Part shown: in pieces, positions 18,556 to 27,335 of the stretch
How the letters are laid out: each line of letters starts with the position of its first letter
Numbering within the stretch: the first letter of the stretch is position 1
Assembly: GCA_963678065.2 (NCBI GenBank)
Contig: CAXXVZ010000003.1
Coordinates: forward strand, 1,056,001-1,120,000
Reading direction: 5' to 3'
Length of the DNA: 64,000 nucleotides
DNA from: Treponemataceae bacterium
GTDB taxonomy: Bacteria > Spirochaetota > Spirochaetia > Treponematales > Rectinemataceae
Program-made: the position numbers and the translations under genes
The notes under the pieces: generated by a model
The model's database searches: none
What the model was told of the DNA's origin: nothing
Seen by the model: the letters and a program-made list of their open reading frames with translations, nothing else

Positions 18556-19314
18556 TCAGCCGGGGCTCTTCCCGGCGATGAAGGACGCGAGTTCCTCGCG
18601 GGTGTTGATGTTGTAGAACAGCTTCCAGTCGGGCGTGTATCCCCTCGCCTCTTCTTCCGGAATGCGCAGGTGGCTCACCCTGGCGAGGAGGTTGCCGATG
18701 GAGGGCGCGCCGCTCCCGGCCCGGCGCCCGCGGCGCCCCCGACTCTCGAGGCTTCCGGAGTTCTCTGGCGGCGGAATCGCTGCGCTCCTCTCGCCTCGTC
18801 CTTCGGATTCCGGATCTCGCACCGGGTACGCCGCGCACAGCGCCTCGATCTCGGAAAGAAGGGAGGTAGAATAGAAGGCGTGGAAAGGCTCGAAGTGGTC
18901 CCGGTAAGCCGCCACGCAGGCCCGCGCCTCTTTCGTCTCCATGATCCGCCTCATACAGTCTTTCATGAAGAGAGAATCGAAACCCGGCATGTCGCAGGCG
19001 GTGAGGAAGACCCATTCGGCCGATGAGGCCCGGAGCGCAGCATGGAGCCCGGAGAGAGGACCGAAACCGGGGAGAAAATCGGTGACTATCCTGATCCCCG
19101 GATACGCGTAGAGTTCCGGGCGATAGGTCACGACGATTATCTCCTCGAAATGCGCGCAAAGGGCCCGTATCTGCCTTTCCGCGAGCCTCTCGCCACCCAG
19201 GCTGATCGTCTGCTTGTCGAGACCCAGCATGCGCTCCGAGCGTCCGCCTGCGAGGATCGCAGCGGTCCCGAAGAGCCTCTTTCCGACTCCGGCCTCCCCT
19301 TCCCTTCCCCTCAT
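18556..19314 (-). CDS. mobA: Molybdenum cofactor guanylyltransferase
   Basis: ILAGGRSERM...DK, GPLSGL, ACDMP, EPFHAFY, NINT.EE; ATGA-coupled to the fdh stop. Confidence 0.9.
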   Translation of the reverse strand: MRGREGEAGVGKRLFGTAAILAGGRSERMLGLDKQTISLGGERLAERQIRALCAHFEEIIVVTYRPELYAYPGIRIVTDFLPGFGPLSGLHAALRASSAEWVFLTACDMPGFDSLFMKDCMRRIMETKEARACVAAYRDHFEPFHAFYSTSLLSEIEALCAAYPVRDPESEGRGERSAAIPPPENSGSLESRGRRGRRAGSGAPSIGNLLARVSHLRIPEEEARGYTPDWKLFYNINTREELASFIAGKSPG

Positions 19315-22136
19315 GAACTGGAATCTGCCTTCCCAATGCGGACGGCGCAGGCTTTGAGTTCGGGAATTTTTGCCATCGGGTCGAGGGCGAGTCCGTTGGT
19401 GAGAAGGTTGGCGGCCGCCTGTGCGTAGTGGAAAGGCATGAAGGCCACTCCGCGCTTCACTGAGGCCCGGGTTCTGACGATCGTCTCGAGGCTGCCCCTG
19501 CGCGAAGCGATGGTTGCCCTGTCCCCGCCGGCCAGTCCGTAGAGGGCGGCCGTCTCGGGGTGAATTTCGACGTAGTGCTCCCCGGCAATGCGCGTGAGTC
19601 CGTCGATCCTGCCCGTCATGGTCCGCGTGTGGTACTGGTAGAGATTGCGGCCCGTCGTGAAGACGACAGGGTACTCGTCGTCCTCGCTCTCGCGGGGAGG
19701 ATGCCATGCGGCGTGGACAAAGAGCCCCTTCCCCCTCGTCATCCTGTCGACGTGGAGGATGGGCGTACCGGGATGGGAGGCATCGGGACAAGGCCACTGA
19801 ATGCCATCCCCCTCGAGGCGCGCATACGAGATGCCACGGTACTGGGGCACGAGGGCGGCCATCTCATCGAAAACAGCGCCGGCATCTGTAGATACGACAG
19901 TATCGAAAGATGCCGAGGCATCTACAGATACAACAGCATCGAAAGATGCCGAGGCATCCGCAGACTTCCCGGCCTCTGTCTGCGAGAAGCCGAGCCGTCC
20001 GAGGATCGTTGCGAGGATATCGAGATCTTCCTTGGCCTCCCCTGGCGCGCCGAGCGCCTTCCGGACCCTCTGGACACGCCGCTCGGTGTTGGTGAAGGTG
20101 CCGTCCTTCTCCGCGAAGCAGGCGGCAGGAAGGACGATATCCGCGAGAGCCGATGTCTCGGTGGGAAAAATGTCCTGGACGACCAGAAAACCGACCTTCC
20201 CGAGGGCATGGAGGACGTGATTCGAATCAGGTTCCGAGAGGACAGGATTCTCTCCCATTATATGGAGGAAACCGATGCCTCCCTCGGCCGCACGGTCGAG
20301 AATTTCCGTGGAGGTGAGCCCGCGCTCGGAGGAGAGGGGGACGCCCCAGGCTTCCGAAAAGGCCGCGAGGGCTGCGGGATCGCTGGTCTTGCGGTAACCC
20401 GGCAGATCCCCGGGCAGGCAGCCCATGTCGCAGGCGCCCTGGACATTGTTCTGCCCCCGCAGGGGATTGATGCCGCAGCCCGGCCTCCCCAGTTTTCCAC
20501 AGGCAAGCGCGAGGTTGGACAGGCACATGACACCGTCGGTCCCGCTCGAGTGCTGGGTGACGCCCATCGCATAGAATATTCCCGCGCGCTCCGCCTTCGC
20601 GTAGAGGCGGGCCGCCCGCCTGATATCCTCAGCCGCCACGCCACAGACTTCGGCGCCTCGCTCCGGGGACCAGTCCGCGAGCGCCTTCGCCCAGGAATCG
20701 AAGTCCTCTGTCCTCGTTTCGACAAACTCCTTGTTCCAGAGTTCCTCGTCGACGATGACCGCGGCCATGGCGTTGTAGAGGGCGACATTCGTGCCCGGCT
20801 TCAGCTCGAGGTGGATGGAGGCGAGGCCGGCGAGTTCCGTCCTGCGGGGATCGGCCACGATGAGGGTGGCGCCCCGTTTGACCGCCCTCTTGATCCTGGA
20901 CCCGATGACCGGATGAGTCTCCGTCGTGTTCGATCCGGTGACGAAAATGACATCCTGTAAGTCGATGCCTTCTATCGGATCGGTCATCGCCCCCGATCCC
21001 AGGGTCGTGGCGAGGCCCGTCACTGTCGAGGCGTGGCAGAGCCGCGCGCAGTGATCGATGTTATTCGTGTGGCCGGCGAGACGGTACAGCTTCTGGAAAA
21101 GGTAGTTCTCCTCGTTGGTGCAGCGCGCGGAGGAAAGCCCGGCTATCGCATGCGGCCCCCGGGGGACCGCTCCCTCCCCTTCACCCTCAGCCGCTTTCGA
21201 TCCAGGCCCCTTTCCGTCGCGCGTCCGGAGAAAGGCATCGACGACGCGCCCGAGGGCTTCGTCCCAGGAAGCCTCGACGAGGACACCGTCGCGCCGCACG
21301 AGCGGCTTCGTGAGCCTCTCCGGGTGGTTCACAAAACTGTAGGCGAAGCGCCCTTTCACGCAGAGAAGCCCCTTGTTCGCGGGCCCGTCCGCAGGATCGA
21401 CACCGACTACCCTGCCGCCAGAAGTCAGAAGCTCGATGGAGCAGCCGACTCCACAGTAGGGACAGATTGTCCTCGTCCGTTTGACATACGAGTAGCCCGG
21501 AAAATGCCGTTCGCGGGGCATGAGGGCCCCGACCGGGCAGGCGGCTACGCAGTTCCCGCAGGACACGCAGCTCGAGGCGCCGAAGGAGAAGCCCCAATCC
21601 GGCGCGACGCGCGCCGACCTGCCCCTCCCCGCGAAGCCGATGACACCGGAGCACTGGAGGCTTTCGCATGTCCTCACGCATTTGCCGCAGAGGATGCATT
21701 TATCCGGATCGAAATTGAAAAACGGATGGCTGACATCAGGCTTGCGGAACTTTTTTTCGAGCCCGGTCTCGACTTTCACGACCCCATGGATGTGGCAGTA
21801 CTCGTGGAGGGCGCAGGCTCCCGATTTTTTGCAGTTGAAGCAGTCCGAAGGGTGCTCGGCGAGGATCATCTCGAGGACGGCTTTCCGCATCGCGACAGCC
21901 CCGGGAGAATCAGTGCGCACGACCATGCCTTCGGCCACCGGCGTGGCGCAGGCGGGCATGAAGCCCGTCTTCGAGCCCTCGACCTCCACCATGCACACGC
22001 GGCAGCCGCCGTGGGCCTCGAGGCCGGGGATGTGACAGAGAGTGGGAATCTCGATTCCAAGGCCGCGGGCCGCCTCGAGTATCGTCGCCGATCCTGGAAC
22101 GCAGGCCGCCCTGCCGTCGATCCTGAGTGTCGTCAT
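19311..22136 (-). CDS. fdhF: Formate dehydrogenase alpha subunit (Cys-type) with N-terminal [2Fe-2S] and [4Fe-4S] domains
   Basis: IPTLC..CRVC..C, H..DC..C..C, two ferredoxin motifs, CPYCGVGC, IDHCARLCH, PLRGQNNVQG, EKDGTFTNTERR. Confidence 0.88.
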   Translation of the reverse strand: MTTLRIDGRAACVPGSATILEAARGLGIEIPTLCHIPGLEAHGGCRVCMVEVEGSKTGFMPACATPVAEGMVVRTDSPGAVAMRKAVLEMILAEHPSDCFNCKKSGACALHEYCHIHGVVKVETGLEKKFRKPDVSHPFFNFDPDKCILCGKCVRTCESLQCSGVIGFAGRGRSARVAPDWGFSFGASSCVSCGNCVAACPVGALMPRERHFPGYSYVKRTRTICPYCGVGCSIELLTSGGRVVGVDPADGPANKGLLCVKGRFAYSFVNHPERLTKPLVRRDGVLVEASWDEALGRVVDAFLRTRDGKGPGSKAAEGEGEGAVPRGPHAIAGLSSARCTNEENYLFQKLYRLAGHTNNIDHCARLCHASTVTGLATTLGSGAMTDPIEGIDLQDVIFVTGSNTTETHPVIGSRIKRAVKRGATLIVADPRRTELAGLASIHLELKPGTNVALYNAMAAVIVDEELWNKEFVETRTEDFDSWAKALADWSPERGAEVCGVAAEDIRRAARLYAKAERAGIFYAMGVTQHSSGTDGVMCLSNLALACGKLGRPGCGINPLRGQNNVQGACDMGCLPGDLPGYRKTSDPAALAAFSEAWGVPLSSERGLTSTEILDRAAEGGIGFLHIMGENPVLSEPDSNHVLHALGKVGFLVVQDIFPTETSALADIVLPAACFAEKDGTFTNTERRVQRVRKALGAPGEAKEDLDILATILGRLGFSQTEAGKSADASASFDAVVSVDASASFDTVVSTDAGAVFDEMAALVPQYRGISYARLEGDGIQWPCPDASHPGTPILHVDRMTRGKGLFVHAAWHPPRESEDDEYPVVFTTGRNLYQYHTRTMTGRIDGLTRIAGEHYVEIHPETAALYGLAGGDRATIASRRGSLETIVRTRASVKRGVAFMPFHYAQAAANLLTNGLALDPMAKIPELKACAVRIGKADSSS
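19881..19958. repeat. Imperfect 36-bp tandem duplication within fdh
   Basis: GGCATCTGTAGATACGACAGTATCGAAAGATGCCGA / GGCATCTACAGATACAACAGCATCGAAAGATGCCGA. Confidence 0.85.
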
Positions 22137-22193
22137 GAGACCGGATTATGCACTCGCGAGGGGGCATGCGCAACTCGTCCGGACAACGCTTGA

Positions 22194-23183
22194 GTGCCGG
22201 ATTGCCGCGGTGCCACACTGTCGCGCGGCGGGGCCGGCCATCCCGCGTTGCCTCAACCAGAAATCAAACCGAAGGACGCCATCTTGCTCCGCGATGGGGC
22301 TCTGTGTAGACTCCGGTCCGTGATCGATACCTGGCTGACAGGACAGGACTGGACCGAGCCTCCCGAATGTATGGCTTTCCAGACATCCTACAGGAACGTT
22401 CTCGGCGAAATCGGCGTCCTCATCGGAAGCCTGCTCTCAGCCGTTCCGGGCGAGCCCAACCGTCACACGGAAGAGCGCGCGGCCGAACTCTACGTCCGCA
22501 TCCCGGCCATCGTCAACGTCATGCTCAACTACAAAATCTGCATCGAGCATGCCCTCCCTCTCCACCCGACCGTCTACTACGAGCTCAAGGAAGCGCGGCG
22601 CTACCGCATGGACCACTCCCTCGCGGACATCGAGGGTGCGAACCGTCTGTTCCGGGAATCCATAAACCTCGCGCGTTCGGCCATCCGGCTCGATCCGGGA
22701 TGGCAGTCCAAGGCTGACTTCTTCCTGTCGAAGCTGAAGGCGGAACTCTCGGGTTTCGTGTATTCAGGCATCAAGGATAATTATACATGGCGGGGCTCGG
22801 ATCCGGACAAACTGCACAGTCTGGCCGACAAGGTATCCGCAGACTTCGCGCCCGACCTCGTCATCGCCGCGGCCCACGGCTCCATCATGCCGGCCCTTCT
22901 CTTCTCGGAAATCCTTCAAAAAGATCTCTATTTCATCCGCTTCTCGATGTTCAAACGGAGGGACGAGGAACCCATCGTATCTTTTTCAGACGAGGCCTGG
23001 CTCCTCGGCTACGCGGACAAACGCGTCCTTTTGTTCGACGAGGATGTCGCGGGCGGCACGACCCTGAGCAAATTTTCGGACCGGCTCTCTCCGCTTTTTG
23101 CCGAAGTCAGGACAGGCTGCGTCATACGCCACGCGGGGGCGGAGTTCAGGCCCGACTACACCGCGAAGGTATGGTGGGACTGA
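22194..23183 (+). CDS. Protein with unknown N-terminal domain and C-terminal type I phosphoribosyltransferase domain (start uncertain, possibly GTG 22320)
   Basis: PDLVIAAAHG, VLLFDEDVAGGTTL PRPP-loop-like motif, PDY near C-terminus. Confidence 0.7.
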   Translation: MPDCRGATLSRGGAGHPALPQPEIKPKDAILLRDGALCRLRSVIDTWLTGQDWTEPPECMAFQTSYRNVLGEIGVLIGSLLSAVPGEPNRHTEERAAELYVRIPAIVNVMLNYKICIEHALPLHPTVYYELKEARRYRMDHSLADIEGANRLFRESINLARSAIRLDPGWQSKADFFLSKLKAELSGFVYSGIKDNYTWRGSDPDKLHSLADKVSADFAPDLVIAAAHGSIMPALLFSEILQKDLYFIRFSMFKRRDEEPIVSFSDEAWLLGYADKRVLLFDEDVAGGTTLSKFSDRLSPLFAEVRTGCVIRHAGAEFRPDYTAKVWWD

Positions 23184-23238
23184 TGCCCCGCGGGGGCTTT
23201 TCCGGAGCAGACATCCGTATGCGGGAAGAAAAAAGGTA

Positions 23239-23267
23239 TTGCATATTTTTTCTTCCGAATGTATATT
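23239..23267 (+). promoter_or_regulatory. Putative sigma-70 promoter of a short intergenic transcript
   Basis: TTGCAT-17-TATATT; overlapped by inverted repeat GGAAGAAAAAA/TTTTTTCTTCC. Confidence 0.6.
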
Positions 23268-23273
23268 TATACC

Positions 23274-23346
23274 GGAGCTTGTCAGGGCTCCACACTGTGC
23301 GCAGGCTCCGGGGTTTTCCCTCCTTTTTTCCCCGGAGCTTTTTTTT
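23274..23346 (+). ncRNA. Candidate ~73-nt sRNA with anti-SD (CCUCCUU) terminator loop
   Basis: Upstream promoter, 5' hairpin GGAGC/GCTCC, terminator GCTCCGGGG-loop-CCCCGGAGC-T8; no ORF start within it. Confidence 0.5.
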
Positions 23347-23395
23347 ACCCCACTTACCAGTAAAAACTGCTGGCCACTCCGGAAAAATCTTTTTC

Positions 23396-23423
23396 TTGAC
23401 TTTTTTATCGAATAGGATATAGT
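23396..23423 (+). promoter_or_regulatory. Putative rex promoter
   Basis: TTGACT-16-TATAGT. Confidence 0.5.
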
Positions 23424-23443
23424 TTTTTCCCTATGGAGCAGCC

Positions 23444-24097
23444 ATGACAAACAAAACCAAAGTTTCATACGCGCCTTCAGTCCGCCGTCTGCCCTCGTAT
23501 CTCCACATCATCCGCCATGCCGAGCGCAACGGCGACGCCTACATCTCCGGTACAGTCATAGCACAGGAACTCAACCTCGAGCCCATCCAGGTACGAAAGG
23601 ACCTTTCTATAACCGGCATCGCGGGAAAACCCAAGAAGGGCTATCCTGTCGAGCCTCTCATCGCGGCGATCGAGCGCTATCTCGGCTGGGATACCAACCA
23701 CAACGCCATCCTCGTCGGAGCCGGCAACCTCGGTTCCGCCCTGGTAGGCTATCAAGAATTCAAGCTCCACGGGCTCAATATCATGGCTGCCTTCGACACT
23801 GATCCCTCCAAGGTCGGCACGACGATTCACGGCATCGAAGTGGAAAACATGGAGAGACTCGAGTTCCGTCTCAAGGAAATTCCGATCGACATCGCCATAC
23901 TCACGGTTCCGTCTCCCTTCGCCCAGGCTACGGCCGACGCCCTCGTGAAGGCAGGCATAACCGCGATCTGGAACTTCACGAATGTCAAGCTGAAAGTCCC
24001 CTTCAATGTCATCGTTCAGAGGGAAGACCTCTCCTCGGGCTACGCCATTCTCTCCGTCATGATGCGCAGGCCGGCGGCGGCCCCCTCGGGCCCATGA
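23444..24097 (+). CDS. rex: Redox-sensing transcriptional repressor Rex
   Basis: RRLPSY, QVRKDLS..G..GK...GY, VGAGNLGSAL, IWNF. Confidence 0.93.
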   Translation: MTNKTKVSYAPSVRRLPSYLHIIRHAERNGDAYISGTVIAQELNLEPIQVRKDLSITGIAGKPKKGYPVEPLIAAIERYLGWDTNHNAILVGAGNLGSALVGYQEFKLHGLNIMAAFDTDPSKVGTTIHGIEVENMERLEFRLKEIPIDIAILTVPSPFAQATADALVKAGITAIWNFTNVKLKVPFNVIVQREDLSSGYAILSVMMRRPAAAPSGP

Positions 24098-25059
24098 CGG
24101 ACAAAGACCTCCGACAAGCGGAATATTTCCGCAACAGGCTTGCGAAAAACGAACATGCTCTCAGGAAATGGATACGGCGGGAGTCCATAGAGGCTCTCCG
24201 TCTCTACGATAAAGACATCCCGGAAATTCCTGTCGCCCTGGATCGTTACGGGACGGGAGCCGACGCGGCCCTCGTCCTCTATCTCTACAAGCGCCCCTAC
24301 GAAAAGCCCGAAGAGGAAGAGGCGGCGTGGCTCGACCTCATGGCCTCCACGGCCGCCGGACTCCTCGGAGTCAGTGAATCCCGTGTTTTCGTGAAGACCA
24401 GGGAAAAACAGCGTGGACTGTCCCAGTACGGGAAAATGGACTCGGATTCGACCGAGCTGGTCGTGCGCGAGGCGGGGCTCTCTTTCATCGTCAACCTCTC
24501 GGACTACCTCGACACAGGACTCTTTCTCGACCACAGGCCGACGCGCGCCATGGTCGGTGCTCTTTCCGCAGGGAAACGTGTCCTCAACCTGTTCTCGTAC
24601 ACGGGATCGTTTTCGGTCCACGCGGCGGCGGGGGGAGCGGCGGAAACCTGGAGCGTGGACCTCTCCAACACCTATCTCGCCTGGGCTGGCAGGAATCTCG
24701 CCCTGAACGGCCTTCGTTCCGAAACCTGTCCCCTCATCAAGTCCGACGTTTCGACCTTCCTCGACGAGGCTGGCGCGGCGGGCCGGACCTGGGACCTCAT
24801 CGTCGCCGACCCTCCGACCTACTCCAACTCCAAGAGCACGGACGCGGACCTGAACATCAACAGGGACTGGCCCTGGCTTGTATCCGCATGCCTGACAGTC
24901 CTCGAGCCGGGCGGAAGCCTCTTCTTCTCTTCCAACTCGCGCAAACTCGTCTGGGACGCGGACCTCGTCGGGGGAGGCTGCGAGGACATCAGCGCGAGCA
25001 CCATTCCGCCCGACTTCCGGAACGTGAAAATACACCGGACATGGCGTATTTTTAAGTAA
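24094..25059 (+). CDS. RlmK/RlmI-like rRNA SAM methyltransferase
   Basis: RLYD.DIPE, VNLSDYLDTGLFLDHR, LNLFSYTG, DPPTYSNSK, TIPPDF.N..IH. Confidence 0.85.
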   Translation: MTDKDLRQAEYFRNRLAKNEHALRKWIRRESIEALRLYDKDIPEIPVALDRYGTGADAALVLYLYKRPYEKPEEEEAAWLDLMASTAAGLLGVSESRVFVKTREKQRGLSQYGKMDSDSTELVVREAGLSFIVNLSDYLDTGLFLDHRPTRAMVGALSAGKRVLNLFSYTGSFSVHAAAGGAAETWSVDLSNTYLAWAGRNLALNGLRSETCPLIKSDVSTFLDEAGAAGRTWDLIVADPPTYSNSKSTDADLNINRDWPWLVSACLTVLEPGGSLFFSSNSRKLVWDADLVGGGCEDISASTIPPDFRNVKIHRTWRIFK

Positions 25060-25152
25060 AAAATCTGTTATCTGTGTTTTTCCCACAATCGCCACTTGCG
25101 TCGCCGCCGGGCTTGTCGTACATTAATAATCACTTATATCATTGGAGAAACA

Positions 25153-25683
25153 ATGCGCCTGACAACGAAGGGGCGATATGCACTGCGTTCCGTCATCTGT
25201 CTGGCCCGACGCTCGTCGGGAGGCGCTCCCGTATCCATCCGGGATATCGCCGAAGAAGAACGGATTTCGGCGGATTTTCTCGAGCAGATTTTCTATCGCC
25301 TGCGCAGGAAAGGTATCGTCTCGTCGGTGCGCGGACCCGGCGGCGGATTCTACTTTTCCCGTCCCCTGGAATCGGTGAGCCTCTTTGACATCCTGGAGGC
25401 AGCCGAGGAGGGCTTCGAGTTCTCTCCCTGCATGGAAGAAGATGCCGTTCCCTGCGACAGGGAAGCGAGCTGCGCCGCGCGGCCGGTCTGGCAGGAACTT
25501 GACGCGCTGATCCGCGACTTCGCGCGGACAAGAAGCCTCGCGAGCCTCATTGAGCCACGGAGCCGCGATGGTTCTCCTGACTCTGCGAAAACGCCCCCTG
25601 ATTCCGCTGAAGCCGAGGCAGTCGGAGCAGGAATCTCAGCCCCTGCTGCCGGAACCGCCTCCGTTCACTCCGAATCCACGTAA
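25153..25683 (+). CDS. Rrf2 family transcriptional regulator (IscR-like, three Cys)
   Basis: MRLTTKGRYA, FLEQIF..L, S.RGPGGG, C-x7-C-x5-C. Confidence 0.9.
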   Translation: MRLTTKGRYALRSVICLARRSSGGAPVSIRDIAEEERISADFLEQIFYRLRRKGIVSSVRGPGGGFYFSRPLESVSLFDILEAAEEGFEFSPCMEEDAVPCDREASCAARPVWQELDALIRDFARTRSLASLIEPRSRDGSPDSAKTPPDSAEAEAVGAGISAPAAGTASVHSEST

Positions 25684-27137
25684 CGCTCGAGTTCTTCCCT
25701 TCGCGCCGAATCCACGAGTCCCATGCCCTCACAGACCGCAAAGAGTTCCCTCACATGGGCGAAGGCGTGGAGTGCCACTCCGTTGGCCTCCATATCGGTT
25801 CTTCCCTGCTTTCCCCGCTCGATCAGCACGACGAGGTCTTCCACGACGAGACCTTCCCCCCGTAGGATGGCCAGGGCCTCGAGCTTGCTTGCGCCGGTGG
25901 TGATGAGATCGTCGAGCAGCAGGATGCGTTCGCCCGGGGCGTACTCGCCCTCGACGCGGTTGCCTGTCCCGTGTTCCTTCACCGGCATGCGGGGCCAGAT
26001 CATAGGGGAGCCTGTTTCAAGGCAGGCCGCCGTGGACAGCGGCAGGGCCGCCGCGGGAATGCCCGCGATTCTCGAGTAGGCTAGCCCCTCCGCGGCCCTG
26101 GCGTAGGCCTTTCCGGCCAGGGCGAGGGCCGCCGGATCGGAGACGAGGCGGCGCAGGTCGATGTAGAAGGGACTGCGCTTTCCGCTCTTGAGGATGAAAT
26201 CCCCGAGGCGGAAGCAGCCGGTTTGAATGAACGCGCGGAAAAGCTCTTCCTTGAGCGGGTCGGGGCCAGCAGGTCCGGAGTTGCCGCTGCCCGGGCTCGC
26301 GGCGGCCCGCCCGGCCTCTTCGCGGCGCTGCCGCATGAGCGCCTCGCGCGACGATTCGACAGTATCGCGCAGAGCCCTGGCCGCGGCGGCCGGGTCGGGG
26401 GCATCGGCCACCGAGCGGGCCGCCATCACGAGGACGCCGTATCCGTCGGCGCGGGCTCCCGCGGCCAGAGCTTCGTCGGCCTTTCCTCCCTGGGTTCCGA
26501 TTCCTGGAGCGAGAAACCAGGCAGAGGGCGCGACGGCGCGGACCTCGCGCAGGGCGGCCGGATCGTTGCCCGCGACGACGAGCCCCACTCTCTCCGACCA
26601 GGACGTGCACTCGCGGGCGACCCGGAGATGGAGGGATTCCGACCTGCCGCACACGCGCGTTTCCAGTCTCTGGAAAGCCGGCGAGCCGGGATTGCTCGTC
26701 TTGCAGAGCATAAAGACGGCGGCCCCTTCGTAGCGAAGGAATGGATCCGCCGAATCGCGCCCCATGTAGGGGCTCAGAGTGACCGCGAGGGCGTGGCCCC
26801 GGGACGAGAGCCTGCCGAGGATCGCTTGGGCGTAGGCCTCGGCAGTGGCATCGATGTCGCCCCGTTTTGCGTCGATGATGACGGGGATGTCGACGGGGAT
26901 GAGGGCGATCGTCGCCTCGAGGGCGCGGATGCCCTCAGGACCGTGGGCTTCGTAGAACGCCATGTTGGGCTTGAAGCACAGCGCGTAGGGAGCAGTCGCC
27001 TCGACGAGGCGCCGGTTGGCAGCCACTATCGCCGCAAAGGGATCGGGGGTCCCCGCGGGAAGGCGCGGGTCGAGTCCGACGCAGAGGCTCGTACCCTTCG
27101 ATCTGCAGAGCTCTTCAATCCTTTGCAAGAAACCCAT
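25665..27137 (-). CDS. pyrF: Bifunctional OMP decarboxylase / orotate phosphoribosyltransferase (PyrF-PyrE fusion)
   Basis: LCVGLDP, KPN.AFYE, DAKRGDI, LAPGIG.QGG; then F.LKSG..SPFYIDLR, LLDDLITTG.SK. Confidence 0.92.
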   Translation of the reverse strand: MGFLQRIEELCRSKGTSLCVGLDPRLPAGTPDPFAAIVAANRRLVEATAPYALCFKPNMAFYEAHGPEGIRALEATIALIPVDIPVIIDAKRGDIDATAEAYAQAILGRLSSRGHALAVTLSPYMGRDSADPFLRYEGAAVFMLCKTSNPGSPAFQRLETRVCGRSESLHLRVARECTSWSERVGLVVAGNDPAALREVRAVAPSAWFLAPGIGTQGGKADEALAAGARADGYGVLVMAARSVADAPDPAAAARALRDTVESSREALMRQRREEAGRAAASPGSGNSGPAGPDPLKEELFRAFIQTGCFRLGDFILKSGKRSPFYIDLRRLVSDPAALALAGKAYARAAEGLAYSRIAGIPAAALPLSTAACLETGSPMIWPRMPVKEHGTGNRVEGEYAPGERILLLDDLITTGASKLEALAILRGEGLVVEDLVVLIERGKQGRTDMEANGVALHAFAHVRELFAVCEGMGLVDSARREELERYVDSE

Positions 27138-27335
27138 TTTTCATCCTCCGACGGCGCCAGCCCGAACCCGTCCACAGGTAATCCGGACAGGACTCGCCCT
27201 TTCTTCAGTCTTGCAGGGAGACTAACCCGCCGTGCCAATCTTCGTCCAGATGCCGTATTTCCCGTGCATTTCCACGCGCGATTATGTATACTTAAAAAAA
27301 CAAGAGGCCGAATGGCCCTCAGGAGGTCCGAGGAC

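Noticed and set aside
21030..21060. Possible selenocysteine in FDH
   Set aside because: The catalytic position is a Cys codon (CARLCH) and the ORF is uninterrupted
23198..23386. TTTTCCGGAG...CTCCGGAAAA inverted repeat as a MITE or 6S RNA
   Set aside because: Only 10 bp, no target-site duplication, interior does not form a 6S-like rod, and it contains a promoter and terminator
25060..25135. Possible Rex operator upstream of the Rrf2 gene
   Set aside because: Only weak partial matches to TTGTGAA-N4-TTCACAA with wrong spacing
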